A stretch of 64,000 nt of DNA, taken from positions 114,354,443 to 114,418,442 of the forward strand of contig NC_092370.1 of the NCBI RefSeq assembly GCF_030028105.1, read 5' to 3'. The translations under genes and the position numbers were made by a program. Numbering within the stretch: the first letter of the stretch is position 1; the number at the start of each line of letters is the position of its first letter. Origin of the DNA: Mobula birostris (taxonomy: Eukaryota). Below are positions 45,935 to 59,416 of the stretch, in pieces. A model generated the notes under the pieces. The model was not told the origin of the DNA. It saw nothing but the letters and a program-made list of their open reading frames with translations, and did not search any database.

Positions 45935-48900
45935 ATTGAAACTTTTGACGAGTGGGACTAAAGGGCCTGTATCTGTCCAGTATAATGAATGCAGGAATCG
46001 GAGACCTGAGGGCCATGGGGCTCTAGTAAAGAAGAGGAGCTAAGGCCTGGGGCATACTAGCTATGAACATATTGAATACTGGGGCAGGACTGTCGGCCTG
46101 GTAGCCTCGTCCTTCTGCTCCTCTTCCGGTATCATTTCATTGTGTCCTGGTGTGTCGATGAAATCTGGTGAAGTGAATACAACTGCTTGCCATTTAATCC
46201 TTTCGCCATTGAATAACTTCCAGTCTTTAATGATGTATTTTACTTTGAAACACGAAATTGAAGAAGTACTGGACGCAGATTCTCATTTTGCTGACTTCTT
46301 GACAAATTTGAAATTGCATTCCCGTGCAACTCCTACTGGAATCTTACTGCATCAAGGACATCATATAAATGTAATAGCATAAATGTATTGTTTATGTGGT
46401 CACTAGGTTTGAAGCGACTCATTTATATCAAAGTTTCTGCTTTTGTTCTGCACTGCACCCTGCCCATGGCGGCAGTGGTCTCGCCACCGACTGATGACTG
46501 AAGCCCGCAGAATGATGTTTGTTTCTGATTCAGGTTCTGGTTCTCTCAGAGGATCCTGGCGACACCTTCAGCCACTCCAGGCTGTTACCAGCTATTCCCT
46601 CCATTGTTCCATCAAGACGATCAAAGGCAGGTTGAAACCGAGCATCCATTGTCATTTGTTAGATTAAACTCCACCCTTCTTGCACCCTGTGTACCTCCAG
46701 TGAATAGACAGTCCAAGGCCTGATCGGAAGGACATGAAATTGATCAGTCATAAAGACATAGAAAACTACAGCACAGAAACATGCCCTTCGACCCATCTAG
46801 TCCGTGCAGAGCTATTGAAACTGTCCACTTCTATCGACATGCACCCGGACCATCACCCTTCATACCCCTGAAAACGATGTACCAATCTCTTAAACTTTGA
46901 AACTGAGCTGAGATGCACCACTTACACCGGCAGTTCGTTCCACAACCTCATGAAATTTTGAATGAAGTAGTTTCCTCTCATGTTCCTCTTAAACTTTTCA
47001 CCTTTCGCCCTTAATCCATCACCATTAGTTGTAGTCCCACCGAACTTCAGTGGGAGGTCCTATATATATCCTTCATAATTTTGTATCGGTCTATCAAATC
47101 TCCCTTCCATCTTCTCAGTTCCAAGGAATAAAGTCCTAACTTATTCAATCTTTCCTTATAACTCAGGTTCTCTACTCCTATCAACATCCTGGTGATTTTT
47201 CTCTGCATTTATTCAACCTCATTACGTCTTTCTTGCAGACAGGTGACCAAACCTGCACACAATACTCCATATAAAACCTCATCAACATCTTATACAACTT
47301 TAACATAACATCCCATCTCTTGTACCTAATACTTTGATTTATGAAGGCCAAACTCCCGAAAATATTTTTATAGTCATATCTTGCTGTGACACCACTTTCA
47401 ATGAATTATGGACCTGTATCCCCATATACGTTTGTCTGCCACACTTCTTGGTGCCCAGCCGCTCACTCTGAAAGACCTGCCTTTGTTGATCCTACCGAAG
47501 TGCAACACCACACACTTGACTGCATTAAATTTCACCTTCCATTTTTCCCGTCTATTTTCCAACTGCTCTAGATCCTGCTACAAGCTTAAATAGTTTTCCT
47601 TACTGTTGACAACACTCCCACTGGCCATTAAAAGCGTGGTCAAGTAGGGCTTGTATCTGTGCAGTATAACGAATGCAGGAATCGGAGACCTGAGAGTCAT
47701 GGGGCTCTGGTATAGAGGAGGTGCCAAGGCCTGGGGCATGTTAGCAATGATAGTATTGACTGCTGGGCCAGGACTGCGCGCCTGGTGGCCTCGTCCTTCC
47801 GTTCTTCTTCCGATGCCGCTTCTTTGTCTCCTGGTGTGTCGAGGAAATCTGAAGAAGTGAGTACAACTGCTTGTGTATTTAATCCTTTCGCCATTGAATA
47901 ACTTCCAGACCTTAATAATTTATGTTACGTTGAAGCACGAAATTGGCGCCCAGTCTCATTTTACTGACTTCTTAACATATTTTAAATTGCATTCCCGTGA
48001 ATCACCTGTTGGAAACTTATTGCATCAAGGAGTCATATAAATGTAATTGTTTCAATGTACTGTTTGCGTGGTTACTAGGTTTGAAGCTACTCATTTATAT
48101 CAAAGTTTTTGCTTTTGTTGAGCACTGCACCCTGCCGATGGCGGCAGTCGTCTCGTCACCTACTGATGACTAAAGTCGGCAGAATGATGTTCATTTCTGA
48201 TACAGGTTCTAGTTCTGTAGGAGAGGATTCTGGCGACACCATCAGCCACTCCATGCTGTTACCAGCCGCTCCATCAAGACGATCAAAGGCAGATTGAAAC
48301 CGATCATCCATTGTCATTTGTTAGATTAAACCCCACCCTTCGCGCACCCTGGGCATCTCCAGTCAATGGACAAATCCAAGGCATGATCGAAAGGAAATGA
48401 AATTGGTCAGTCATAGAGACATAAAAAACTACAGCACAGAAACATGCCCTTCAACCCACCTAGTCCGTGCCGAACCATTTAAATGTCTGGTTCCATCGAT
48501 CTGCCCCCAGACCATAGCCCTCCATAGCCCTGAAACCATATACCTAGCCAAACTTATCTTAAACGTCGAAATCGAGCTCGCATGCATCACTTGAGCTGGC
48601 AGTGCGTTCCACACCCAGATCGATCTCTGTGAAACGAAATTTCCGTGATGTTCCTCTTAAACCTTTCACTTTGCAGAGAAAACCCATGACCTCTAGCTGT
48701 AGTCCCAACGAACCTCTGTGGAAAAGGGCCTATATATATAGCCTTCATAATTTTGTATACCTCTATCAAATCTCCCACCCTCCATCTTCTCCGTTCCAAG
48801 GAATAAAGTCCTAACCTATTCAATCTGTCCTTTTAACTCAGGTTCTCCAGTCCTGGCAACATCCTGGTAATTTCTTCTTTGCATTTCGTCAACCTTATTA

Positions 48901-49280
48901 CATCTTTCTTGCAGGCTGGTGACCAAACCTGCACACAATACTCCAAATTAGGCTCTGTCAACGTCTTATACAACTTGAACATAACATCCCAACTCCTGTA
49001 CTCAATACATTGATCTATGAAGACCAATGTACCAAATGTTTTCTTTATGCCCCTATCAACCTGTAATGCCGCTGTCAATGAATTCGGGGCATGTATTCCC
49101 AGTTGCCTTTGTCTGCTGCACTCCTCAGTGCCCTACGCTCACTCTGTTAGTGCTGACTATGCTGGTGTTTCCGAAGTGCAACATCTCGCACTTGTCTGCA
49201 CTAAGTTCCATCTGCCATTTTTTACGCCCAGTTTTCAGCTGGTGCAGTTCCCGCTACAAGCTCCAATAATCTTTCTCACT
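45935..49280. repeat. Diverged tandem duplication, period about 1.68 kb
   Basis: Collinear anchors at 45981/47665, 46430/48100, 46750/48410 and 47135/48810. Confidence 0.85.
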
Positions 49281-52200
49281 GTTCAAAACACTCTGAACCT
49301 TGCTGTCATCTGCAAATTTGCTGATCCAATTGACCACATTAACATTCAGATCATTTCAATAGATGACAAGCAGCAGACCCAGCATCGCTCCCTCTGACAC
49401 GCCACTAGTCAAAGGTCTCCAGTCAGAGGGGTAACCATCTACTACTGCTATCTTGCTTCTCTCACAAAGCCGATGTCTAAACGAATTTGCCACCTCATTT
49501 TGAATGCCTAACAACTGATCCTTCATGGCCAGACTCCCACGCGGGACCTTGTCAACTGACTTACTAAAGTCCATGTAGACAATATCCACTGTCTTGCTTT
49601 CATCAGCATTCCTGGTACCCTCCTCGAAAACTTCTGCGTTTGGTTAGGCACGACCAGCATGAAGAAAGCCATCCTGACTGTGCCTAATCAGTGCATATAT
49701 ATCCAAATACTCATATATCCGGTCCCTTAGAATAATTGCCAAATACTTCCCACTGCTAATATCAGGCTCACCAGCTCGTAATTTCCTGGTTTCTACATAG
49801 AGCCTTTCTTAAACAGCAGAACAACATTGGCTGTCCTCCAAATTTCCGGTATGTCACTTATCACTGAAGATGATCTAAATAACTCTGCAACGGCCCCTAC
49901 AATTTCTGCACTTGCCTCCCACAGGGTTCCAAGGAATTCCTTGTCAGCCCCTGGGGATTTATTCACCCTAATTTGCCTGAAGACAGCAAACACTTCCTCC
50001 ACTGCAATCTGTGTAGGGTCCATGATGTCGCTGTTGCTTTGCCTGACTTCTAAAGACTCTGTGCCCATTCTTTAGGACACTCTTCAGCTTGTCTGCTAAG
50101 ACAATCTCATGCATTCTATGCATTCTTCGAGGCTCCTGTTTTTTTTTCATTGAGAATTCTCTTGCATTCCCTATACTACATAAGTACCTCATCTGTTCCT
50201 ACCTGCAAGGCATCTTCTGTTTTTTTTTAAAACAGGGCTTCCATATTTCTTGAAAACCAAGGTTTCCTACAATTGTTAACTTTACCTTTTATTCTGACAG
50301 GCACATACGAGCTTTGTAATCTTAGAATTTCACTTTTGAAGGCCACCGATTTACCTGGATTATCTTTGCCAGATAACAGCCTGTCCCAATCCATACTTGC
50401 CAGATCCTTTCTGATATCATCAAAATTAGCCTTTCCCCAATTTAGAATCTCAATCCACGGACCAGACCTATCTTTTTCCATAATTACTTTGTACCTATTC
50501 GCGTTGTGATCAATAAATGCAAAGTGTTCTCCTACACTAACTCCTTTCACCTGCCCTGTCTCATTCCCTGAAAGAAGATCAATTATCTCGCAGTATCCCA
50601 TTGGGACAGTATGAGAGTCCCAATCAATATATGGAAAGTTAAAATCATCTACTATAACAAGCTTATGTTTCTTGTAACCATCTGCGATCTCTCTACGGAT
50701 TTGTTCCTCGCGGACTGTTTGGTGGTCTATAATATGGCCCCATTAACCAGATCATACCTTTCTTAATCCTCAATTTCACCCATAAATTCTCACTTGATAA
50801 GTTCTCCAGTCTTTCCTGACTGAACACTGCCGTGACATTTCCCATGAATGGCAACGCCACCCCTCCCCTTTAATCCCTCTCGTTCAGTAAAACAACGGAA
50901 CCCAGAAGATTTGGCTGCTGGTCCTGACATCCTGAAACCCTTACTAATGGCTAGGATATCATAGTTCGATGTGCTTTTCCATGCCCTGAGCTCATTTGCC
51001 TTTGCTACAATATTTGTTGCATTGAAATATATGCAGCTCAGAATATTATTCAACCTGTTGATTCCTGAGGGGTGTCTGATGTCTTAAAAACATCTGTCTC
51101 CACAAGCTCTCCATTATCTGTTCTGGCACTCTGGTTCACATACCCCTTCAACTCTAGTTTAAATCTGCCCACCCCACTCGTGCAGCTCTAGCAAACCTTC
51201 CTGTAAGGATATTAGTGTGCCTCCATTTCACGTGCAAATCGTTTCTTCAGTACAGATCCCACCTTTCCTGGAAGATAGCCCAATGATCCAGAAATATGGC
51301 ATCCTCCCTACTACACGAAGTCTTTAGCTACCTGTTAAACTGTATTATCCTCCTGTTTCTAGCCTCACTAACAGGTGGCACTGGTAGAAACCCGGAGATT
51401 ACGATCCTGGAGGTCCCGTCCGCTAACTTAGCACCTAAACTCACTTTGCGGAAGCTCATCACCCATTCTACCTATGTCCTTGGTACCTATATGGATCATG
51501 GTCTCTGGCTGCTCACTCTCTTACTTAAGAATGCTTACGATATGAGACGTCCCGGACCTTGGCACCCGGGAGGCAACATACTATCGGAATTCTCGTTCTC
51601 ATCTACAGAACCTCCTTTACGCGGGCTATTTAATCCCTTTCCCCTTCCTGACTGCCATCCTGTCTCCCGTCTCTTGCATCTTCTCTATATATCCTATCTA
51701 TCACTGCGTCAGCGTCCCAAATAATCTGGAGTTCATGCAGGTCCAGCTCCAACTCCATAACGTGGAGTGTGTTCTAAGGCGCAGCTGGGTGCACTCCTCA
51801 CAGGTGAAGTCATCAGAGACACTGCCTTCCCACATTCTGCAAGACGAGCACTCAGCTATTCCCCCTGACATCCCTACTCTTCTACCTCTGCAAGTATAAA
51901 GAAGGAAACAATAAATAAACTGAAAATAAAATCTACCTACAGCTTTTTCACCTTCTGTCACTCAGGCCTCACCTCGCTGAAGCCTCGAAGAGCTAAAGCC
52001 TCAAATAACACTGTCCACTCCAACAAAAGCCGCTTCAAAAATGACCACTTTGCTTGCCCTTGACGTATTTGAATATGTTCTTGCCAACCAATCTCGATCG
52101 CTGACTGTTCAAAAACCAAACTGCCATGAATCGATGCCTTATGTACTCAACTGGCGAACCCGAGTGAGCTTTGTCACGCTGATTGGTTTCTGTTCAAAGC

Positions 52201-52440
52201 TGTGAGATCAGTTCGGCTGGATAGATTGCATTAGTGCAGACAGACAAGGCTAACTTTTTAGTTTAATGTACTTGTATCAGCTTCTCTTTTATATTATCAA
52301 AAAAACAATTATATTAATTAAATCCAATTTGCACTTTACAAGTCCGTGCTGGCTGTCCTGAATTATCCTCTCCAAGTGCCTGTTGATTTTCCTCCTTTGT
52401 TTCTAAATTTTACCGATGTTACTATCAGAATGATTGGTCA
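48400..52440 (-). mobile_element. Degraded near-full-length CR1 LINE including an ORF1 remnant
   Basis: RT and endonuclease fragments; CSSCRMWE...DDFTCEECTQL near 51780-51860 is a CR1 ORF1-type Cys motif. Confidence 0.85.
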
Positions 52441-52442
52441 AT

Positions 52443-55400
52443 TATCAGTACCTCCAGCTGAACTCTGTCTCTTTGTATGTTTTCCGCCAGCTGTCATTCT
52501 GTGTTTTTGTATTGCCCTGTTCTCTTGCTTGTTTTCATGCTCCATGGGCTCCTGTCCCCGCCCCTGTTCTACTCCGGCCCCTGTATCACTGATTACTCCG
52601 ACCTCACCTGCTTCCAATTATTACCTGTTTTGCTGCCACCTGTGTCTCATTGTGCTCCACCTATCATCTGCCTCTCTGTTTATTGCTCAGTGTATTTCAG
52701 TCCTGTGTTTTCACCTGTTTGTTGCTAGATTGTGCCAGTGAGTTCTCCTGATTCAGATTTTTGGATTTCTCTGGATGCTTTGATCTCTCCCTGAATTTTG
52801 ACGCCGACTTTGTCTGCACCTCTGAATTTGTTACTCAATAAATATCACAGTGTGCACAGTACCTGGTCTGCGATTGGGTCCCTGGTCCAGCGTCCTGACA
52901 GTACAATCTGGCCAGAATGGATCCAGCAGACCCCAGTCGTCTGAGAGCTGTCCTAGAACAGGAAGTGATGCTGGGGAGACACCAGAACCAGCTGGACTCC
53001 GCGTTCAGGGCAGCGGAATCGCTTTCTGCCGATGTAGCCGATCTCGGGGCCCAGATTCAATCACTCCAGCTCTGCCAGAGCAGCCATCAATATTCTGCGA
53101 CTGTATCTTTCGCCCCGCCCTCCGCGTCCACGCATGCTCCTCCCGTCCAAGAACCCCGTCTGCCTCCTCCAGAAAAGTACTCAAGTGAGCCCAGTACCTG
53201 CCGCCCTTTTCTTTCCCAGTGCACCCTCAGTTTTGAATTACAACTAACAACATTTCCGGCTGATCGAGCCAAGGTAGCCGACATCATCACCGAACTGTCC
53301 GGTCGGCCGAGACAATAGGGAACAGCCAGTTGAGTGGCAGGCTCACTTTTCTGCATCAGTTTTCAGTTATTTTCTGAGATGAGAGAAGTATTTGCTCGCT
53401 CGAAACATGGGACACAGGCTGCCTGTGAAATGCTGCACATGCACCAGGGGTGCAGATCTGTGTCAGATTACGCCATAAAGTTCCGGACCCTAGCCACCTC
53501 CAGCGGCTGGAACTCGGAGGCACAGTACGACTCCTTCCTGAACGGCCTCTCCGAAGACTTCAAAGGTGAGCTGGTCACCCAGGACCTTTCTGCCACCTTT
53601 GAAGCCCTAGTGGATTTGGCCATCCGTGTTGACGTTCGCCTTCAGCAGCACCGCAGAGGGAAGGGTTCCAGAGGGTCCCTGGGGGCACTGGGTGAGTTCG
53701 AAGCTCGTCAGTCTGCATTGCCCTGCCGATTGACCCCATCTACAACTCCCGTTCCAGAGCCCGAAGCTATGCATGTTAGCCGTAGCCGCCTGACGCCGAC
53801 TGAAAGACAAAGGAGAATCAGCACCCGCTCCTGTCTGTACTGTGGTCAACCAGGCCACTTCATCGCCACCTGCCCATTAAAAGCCAAGCGCTCAGCGGTA
53901 GGACGAAGAGTACTGGTGAGCGTAACCCCCGTCCTGCCTGCTTCGACACTACTTGCTCTCATATCTGCTTTACTGGAGTGGGGCGTCCAACGGCGAGCAA
54001 TCTCCATCTTGGCGGAATCTGGTGTGGAGGGCTGTTTTATCGATTCCGGCTTGGCTGCCCAGTGGGGGTTACCGACGTCTGCTCTCCAGTCACCAATGAT
54101 GGCCAACGCCTTGAACGGTCAGAGACTGGCTAACATCACCCACGTCACGGCCCCCGTGAGTCTCAGTTTATCCGGCAACCATCATAAACAGTTAACCCTT
54201 TATGTTATTGACTCTCCTCAAGCTCCCATTTTCCTGGGCCATCCCTGGTTAGTTAAACACAACCCCCACATTAACTGGCTCAGTCGCAAGTCTGGAGCCC
54301 ATTCTGTCATTCCCACTGCCTCCGCCATGCTCAGATCCACTTCTCTCCAAGCCCATATCCCCCCGAGGAATTTCCGGACCTTAGTGCCATCCTTCCTGAA
54401 TACATGAACCTCAAGGCTGTGTTCAGCAAGTCCCTGGGCACTTCTCTGCCGCCTCATCGTTCATATGACTGCGCCATTGACCTCTTGCCTAGCATATCTC
54501 CCCCAAGGGGCCGCCTATACTCCCTGTCCGTACCCGAACATGAGTAAGTACATTCAAGAGTCTCCGGCTGCAGGCATCATCCGGCCGTCTTTCTCCCCTG
54601 CTGGTGCTGATTTTCTCTTTGTTGGAAAGAAGGACGTCTCCTTACGTTCATGCATTGATTACTGGGCCTGAATGGAGTCACTGTTAAGAACCGTTACTCT
54701 CTTCCGCTCACGCCCTCGGCATTTGAACTACTACTAGGAGCAGGGCCGGACCTTAGGCAGGGCTAGGCTGGGCTGCAGCACAGGGGCCCGAGCTGTAGAG
54801 GGGCCCAAAATAGGTAGCTATCATCATGGCGGACAAAAAAAATACGAGTGGAGCACAGAAAAGAAAAACGAAACAAGGAAAAGAGGACCGTGAGAAAGAA
54901 GCATTAAAAAAGACATTGAAATTGACAGAATTTTATAAACCGTTCTCGATTATGCAGCAATACCATCGCCCTTGTCACAGTCTGAGACCGGTGGACAGAT
55001 GGAGACTTGTTCAACAGCTAGCGTTAGCATCAGCACAGGACCACCGTCCTTGCCACAGTCAGCAGCTAACGTTGAAGAGGCAGAGAGCATAACTTTGGGA
55101 TTCCCAACCACCGAGGCCTCCGACCAACCAAGTCGGGCCGCCATTAATGTTAACGTTACTGCTACTGAGGATCCTTACAGCACTGATCCTGCTCGTTGGG
55201 GAAAGGAAACGTTAGATGATTCAGTCCGAGTGTACTGGGCTAAGAAAGGGCCGGAGTCCTGCCAGAATAAGGATGTGGATATCAAAGCTTTGGAACGAGT
55301 ATACAAACAGCAGAGACGTTTTTTCTCCAAATTTCACTTCAAACGCAAGCTCGTAAATGGTGAGTACATATCAAGGCAGTGGCTCTTATATTCCCCTTCC

Positions 55401-57830
55401 GCCGGCTTTGGGTTTTGTTTTCCATGCCGCATCTTCAGTGATGGTAACTGTCAGTCCATCTTCGAAATTGGTTTTAGCGACTGGCAACGTGCCGCTGAGC
55501 GCATAAGAGAGCACGAAAATAGCGAAGACCGCAGGAAAGCGATACTGACCTACGTTACACTAGCGTCTGACAGCGGAAGAATAGATACAGAACTGCAAAA
55601 ACAGTTCGAGTCAGAGTGTGTCTACTGGACCGACGTATTGAGAAGAGTGTTGGCGGTTGTGAAGTTTTTGGTCGAGAGGGGACTGGCTATCCGAGGCTCC
55701 AGTGACATATTTGGCAGGCGTGATAACGGCAACTACATAGGCTCAGATCCAAAATGGGACAGGACAGGCTGAGTCATCTTACTCTGATGTCACTTGTTCG
55801 GAAACTGGATTTTACTGATCTGATTAAAGACTTTGCTGCTAGAAATCCAGAAGAACTAGGCTTCAATTTTGAAAAACATCTGACGTTGTAAATATCTAGG
55901 CTTGTGTATCAGTGCTGTTCCTGTTTTTGTGTCAAGAAACTAATAGTTGACTGTTTACAAACTTAGTAATAAGTGGTCTTTACTCTGCAAGCCACACAGT
56001 ACAGCAATAGGTTAGTATGTGCCAGATCTCATTTTTCAAAAAGATTGTTGGAGTATTGTCAAGTTTCCTAGTTTGCCACAGTGCAATCTCTCTTGGCCTT
56101 TTTGTCTCTCATTTCCATTTTACTTTCTCAGAACACGCGGTTGAGAAAAATACCCAGATAAAAATGCTTTAGCACTGTTTGAGAAATAAGGCCTATGGTA
56201 TGTGCAGCAATAGCTAAGTAAAGATTTAAGATTGGGTACATCATACTTTGTCTCCCTCATAACTTTACTAAGCCAACTGAGCCCAGGTCAATTTTTGAGT
56301 GCTTTAGATGCTGTCCCTCAAACTTTCTGTCCTCCCTCTTAAGGCCTGCAAGCTTATAGCCTACGTATTGTACTAAACCAATGTCTTGGTCCACAGCTTC
56401 GATATTTAGACCAGAACGACCTTTGCTCTTGTTCTTGCCTTTTTTTGCTTGGTTGGTACAGCAGCATTTTACGGTGTCGGCAGGAGCCCATCAGGGCCTC
56501 CAGCCCAGGGGCCCCGGCCCCACTAAATCCGGCCCTGACAAGGACCCTCAGTTCTCACCAGGCTTGATCGCCGTAACGCCTACCATCTTGTCCGCATCCG
56601 CGAAGGGGAGGAGTGGAAGACGGCCTTCAACACCACTTCAGGCCATTATGAGTATCAGGTCATGCCATTCGGTCTCACCAATGCCCCCGCCGTCTTCAAG
56701 TCCCTGATAAATGACGTTCTCAGGGACACGCTGAACCAATTTGTTTTTGTGTGTCTTGAAGACGTTTTGATTATTTTCCAAGTCCCTTGCTAAACACGCA
56801 GGTCTCGTCCGCAGAGTTCTCCAGCGCCTTCTGGAGAAGCAGCTCTTTGTGAAGGCTGGGAAATGTGAGTTTCATCGCGTTTCAGACGGTTCATTCAAAT
56901 GGAGCAACAGAAGTTCAAAGCGATCGTCGAATGGCCCCAACCTTCGACTCGTCGGGAGTTGCAACGCTTCTTGGGCTTTGCTAACTTCTATCGCTGTTTC
57001 ATCAGAAATTACAGTACTTTGGCTGCACCACTCACTGCTCTTGCCTCATCTGTCAGATTCTCCTGGTCCCCTGCTGCTGAAAAAACATCCTCTGACCTGA
57101 AGGTACGTTTCACCTCTGCCCCTATCCTGATTCAACCCGACACCGACCAGCAGTTCATTGTGGAGGTGGATACGTCTGACATTGGCGTAGGAGCTGTTCT
57201 CTCTCAGCGCTCGGCCAAGGATGAGAAGGTACACCCCTGCGCCTTCTTTTCTCACCGCCTTACTCCCACAGAGCGGAATTACAATGTCGGAAACAGGGAG
57301 TTGCTGGCTGTGAAGCTAGCTCTGGAGGAGTGGAGGCATTGGCTGGAGGGAGCCAATGTGCCCTTCTTGGTCTAGACTGATCACAGGAATCTAGTATATA
57401 ACCGTACTGCCATGCGTCTCAACTCCCGTCAAGCTCGTTGGTGCCTGTTTTTCTCAAGATTCAATTTTACTCTGTCCTTCCGCCCCGGTTCCAAGAATTC
57501 AAAACCTGATGCCCTCTCACGAAGACTTTCCTCCTCTTAGACCGCTGAGATACCCGATGTCATCCTCCCTGCTCACTGTCTCGTGGGTGCAGCGCAATGG
57601 AACATTGAAACCATGGCGCAAGCTGCTCAACAGAGTGAGGCAGTCCTTAGTCAATGCCCCACTAATCGTGTTTATGTTCCCAGATCTGTCCGCTCACAGG
57701 TATTACAGTGGGGTCATTTTTCCCGGTTATCCTGTCACGCTGGAACCAGGCTTACTCAGGCCTTCATCAGTCGGCGGTTCTGGTGGGCCTCCATGGGAGA
57801 CGACATCCGCAGCTTCGTCTCAGCATTTTT
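52443..57830 (+). mobile_element. Tf1/sushi-type Ty3/gypsy retrotransposon, 3'-truncated (5' LTR about 52443-52900; gag from 52917; PR, RT, RH, start of IN)
   Basis: gag PRLPPPEKYS...CLYCGQPGHFIATCP; protease-like region; [37 protein letters not shown]; [46 protein letters not shown]; stops and frameshifts present. Confidence 0.92.
54741..56537 (+). mobile_element. Internally deleted hAT DNA transposon inserted in the gypsy RT
   Basis: Terminal inverted repeats CAGGGCCGGA...TCCGGCCCTG; 8-bp TSD ACTAGGAG/ACAAGGAC; TTF-type zinc-finger N-terminus (WLLYS..FCFPC..GFSDW..HE) joined directly to the C-terminal GQDRLSHL..LIKDFA motif. Confidence 0.9.
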
Positions 57831-58490
57831 CTCCTGCATGTATTTATCCCGTTATTTATCGACGCCACGGTGGAACCTGCCTTCGCCACATCCATAGGGT
57901 TTAGATTCTGGATGGAACCGCATGCTATATAACAAATTATTCCCTCATGTCATAAGGTGAGGCAGGGGGTTGCCACATCCACAAGTGTTACAAGTATATT
58001 TTCTTTAAAAATTAAAGATGGGATTTAGAGAGACCGATCACAAGTAAAAACAGCGAAGGGCACGTTAGAGTTGTAAGAAACCGCGTCTTACAGCTGGTGC
58101 TGGTGCGACCTGTGACAAGATAACCTCATCACCATGGTAACCTCGATCTCATCCCTGGAGATATTCCCTTTGCCCAGCCCACCAACAGCAATTTCAACCA
58201 GACTCGTTTATTATTTCTTTTTCCCAGTTGCATCTTGCTCCACAGAGGCTGCCTGTCCTGCTAACTGACATCTGACACAATTCTATGCGACCTGTTCTCA
58301 AAGCTGATCAAGGAACTTCATACCGTCTTGTGCAATCTATATGTAGGTGAGGGGCTGCGATAGGTTTTCTCCCGTGGTTTTAGTCAATAACTTCACTCTC
58401 TGTGAGGGGCATCCTCGGCCTAGAGATATCTGATGCTCTTGCAACAATTGAAAGGTGTAGAGAGATTTTTGAACGAAAGTGCGGGAAACC

Positions 58491-59400
58491 TGTCACGTAC
58501 CCCATGACGGGAATAAAGAACCAGCGGAAATAGAAACCACTTTGGAGTCTAGTATTGCTAGAAACTAACAATATTTATTAACAACAGTAATACAGTAAAC
58601 TAAGTGAAGATAAATCAAACAGGTTAGCAAGAATTATATATATAGATATAAAGTAAATCAGTAAGTGTGGGGAAAATATGTATGAAAAAACCAAGCTTCT
58701 TTAAGTCTAGGGGTAAAAAGATAGTCTTACGATGTTGAGTAAAGTTCAGTTCAGTTCAGTTCGTGGTATTTAGTTGAATAGCGATGGAGAGAGAGAGTGA
58801 GTTGAGTCTTCAGGTGAGCTGTTGCCGTCGATTTTCTCGTCGTCCTCCGAAATCCTTCACAAGTCACCGACTGTGACTTTAAGAACAAAGGGGATCGTAC
58901 TTCGGAGTGGTTGAGCTATCTATCCAGGCTAGGGTCGGACACATGGACAACTCCCCCACTGGTCTTGCTTTTGAATTTTCACTGGCAGAGCAATTGGATT
59001 GATCCGCCTGATCGATCCTCCAAAACCCACTTTCTCTGCGGGCACAACAATGCTCTTTCCGTGCCCAGATCATGTGTCTGAGGTCTGTATCATCCGACCT
59101 CCTATTTATCTCACCGGGCTGAGCATCACCTATCATTCAAAGAGTCCATCCTTTGTCTGTAAAGAAATGTAAGCAAGCAACAAGTCCTTGAAAGTAACAT
59201 CAATAATGTTCTGTCGGTCACCATAGAAACCTTCGAGCTGCGTAGTGTTATCTCCAAAGTAGAACTCCAAAGTTACCTCCCGTGACAGTCCAACCGTCAA
59301 TCTTCGTCTCTCTCTCTTTTCAAAACAAATCATCGATGATAAATAACTCTCTCTCTCTCTCTTCAAACAGTTAATAGGGGCACACCTGGATCCCCTCAAA
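58491..59400 (-). mobile_element. Solo LTR of the Gmr1-like family
   Basis: Collinear with 29621-30483; 4-bp TSD AACC on both sides. Confidence 0.9.
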
Positions 59401-59416
59401 AACCACAAGCGCCAAG

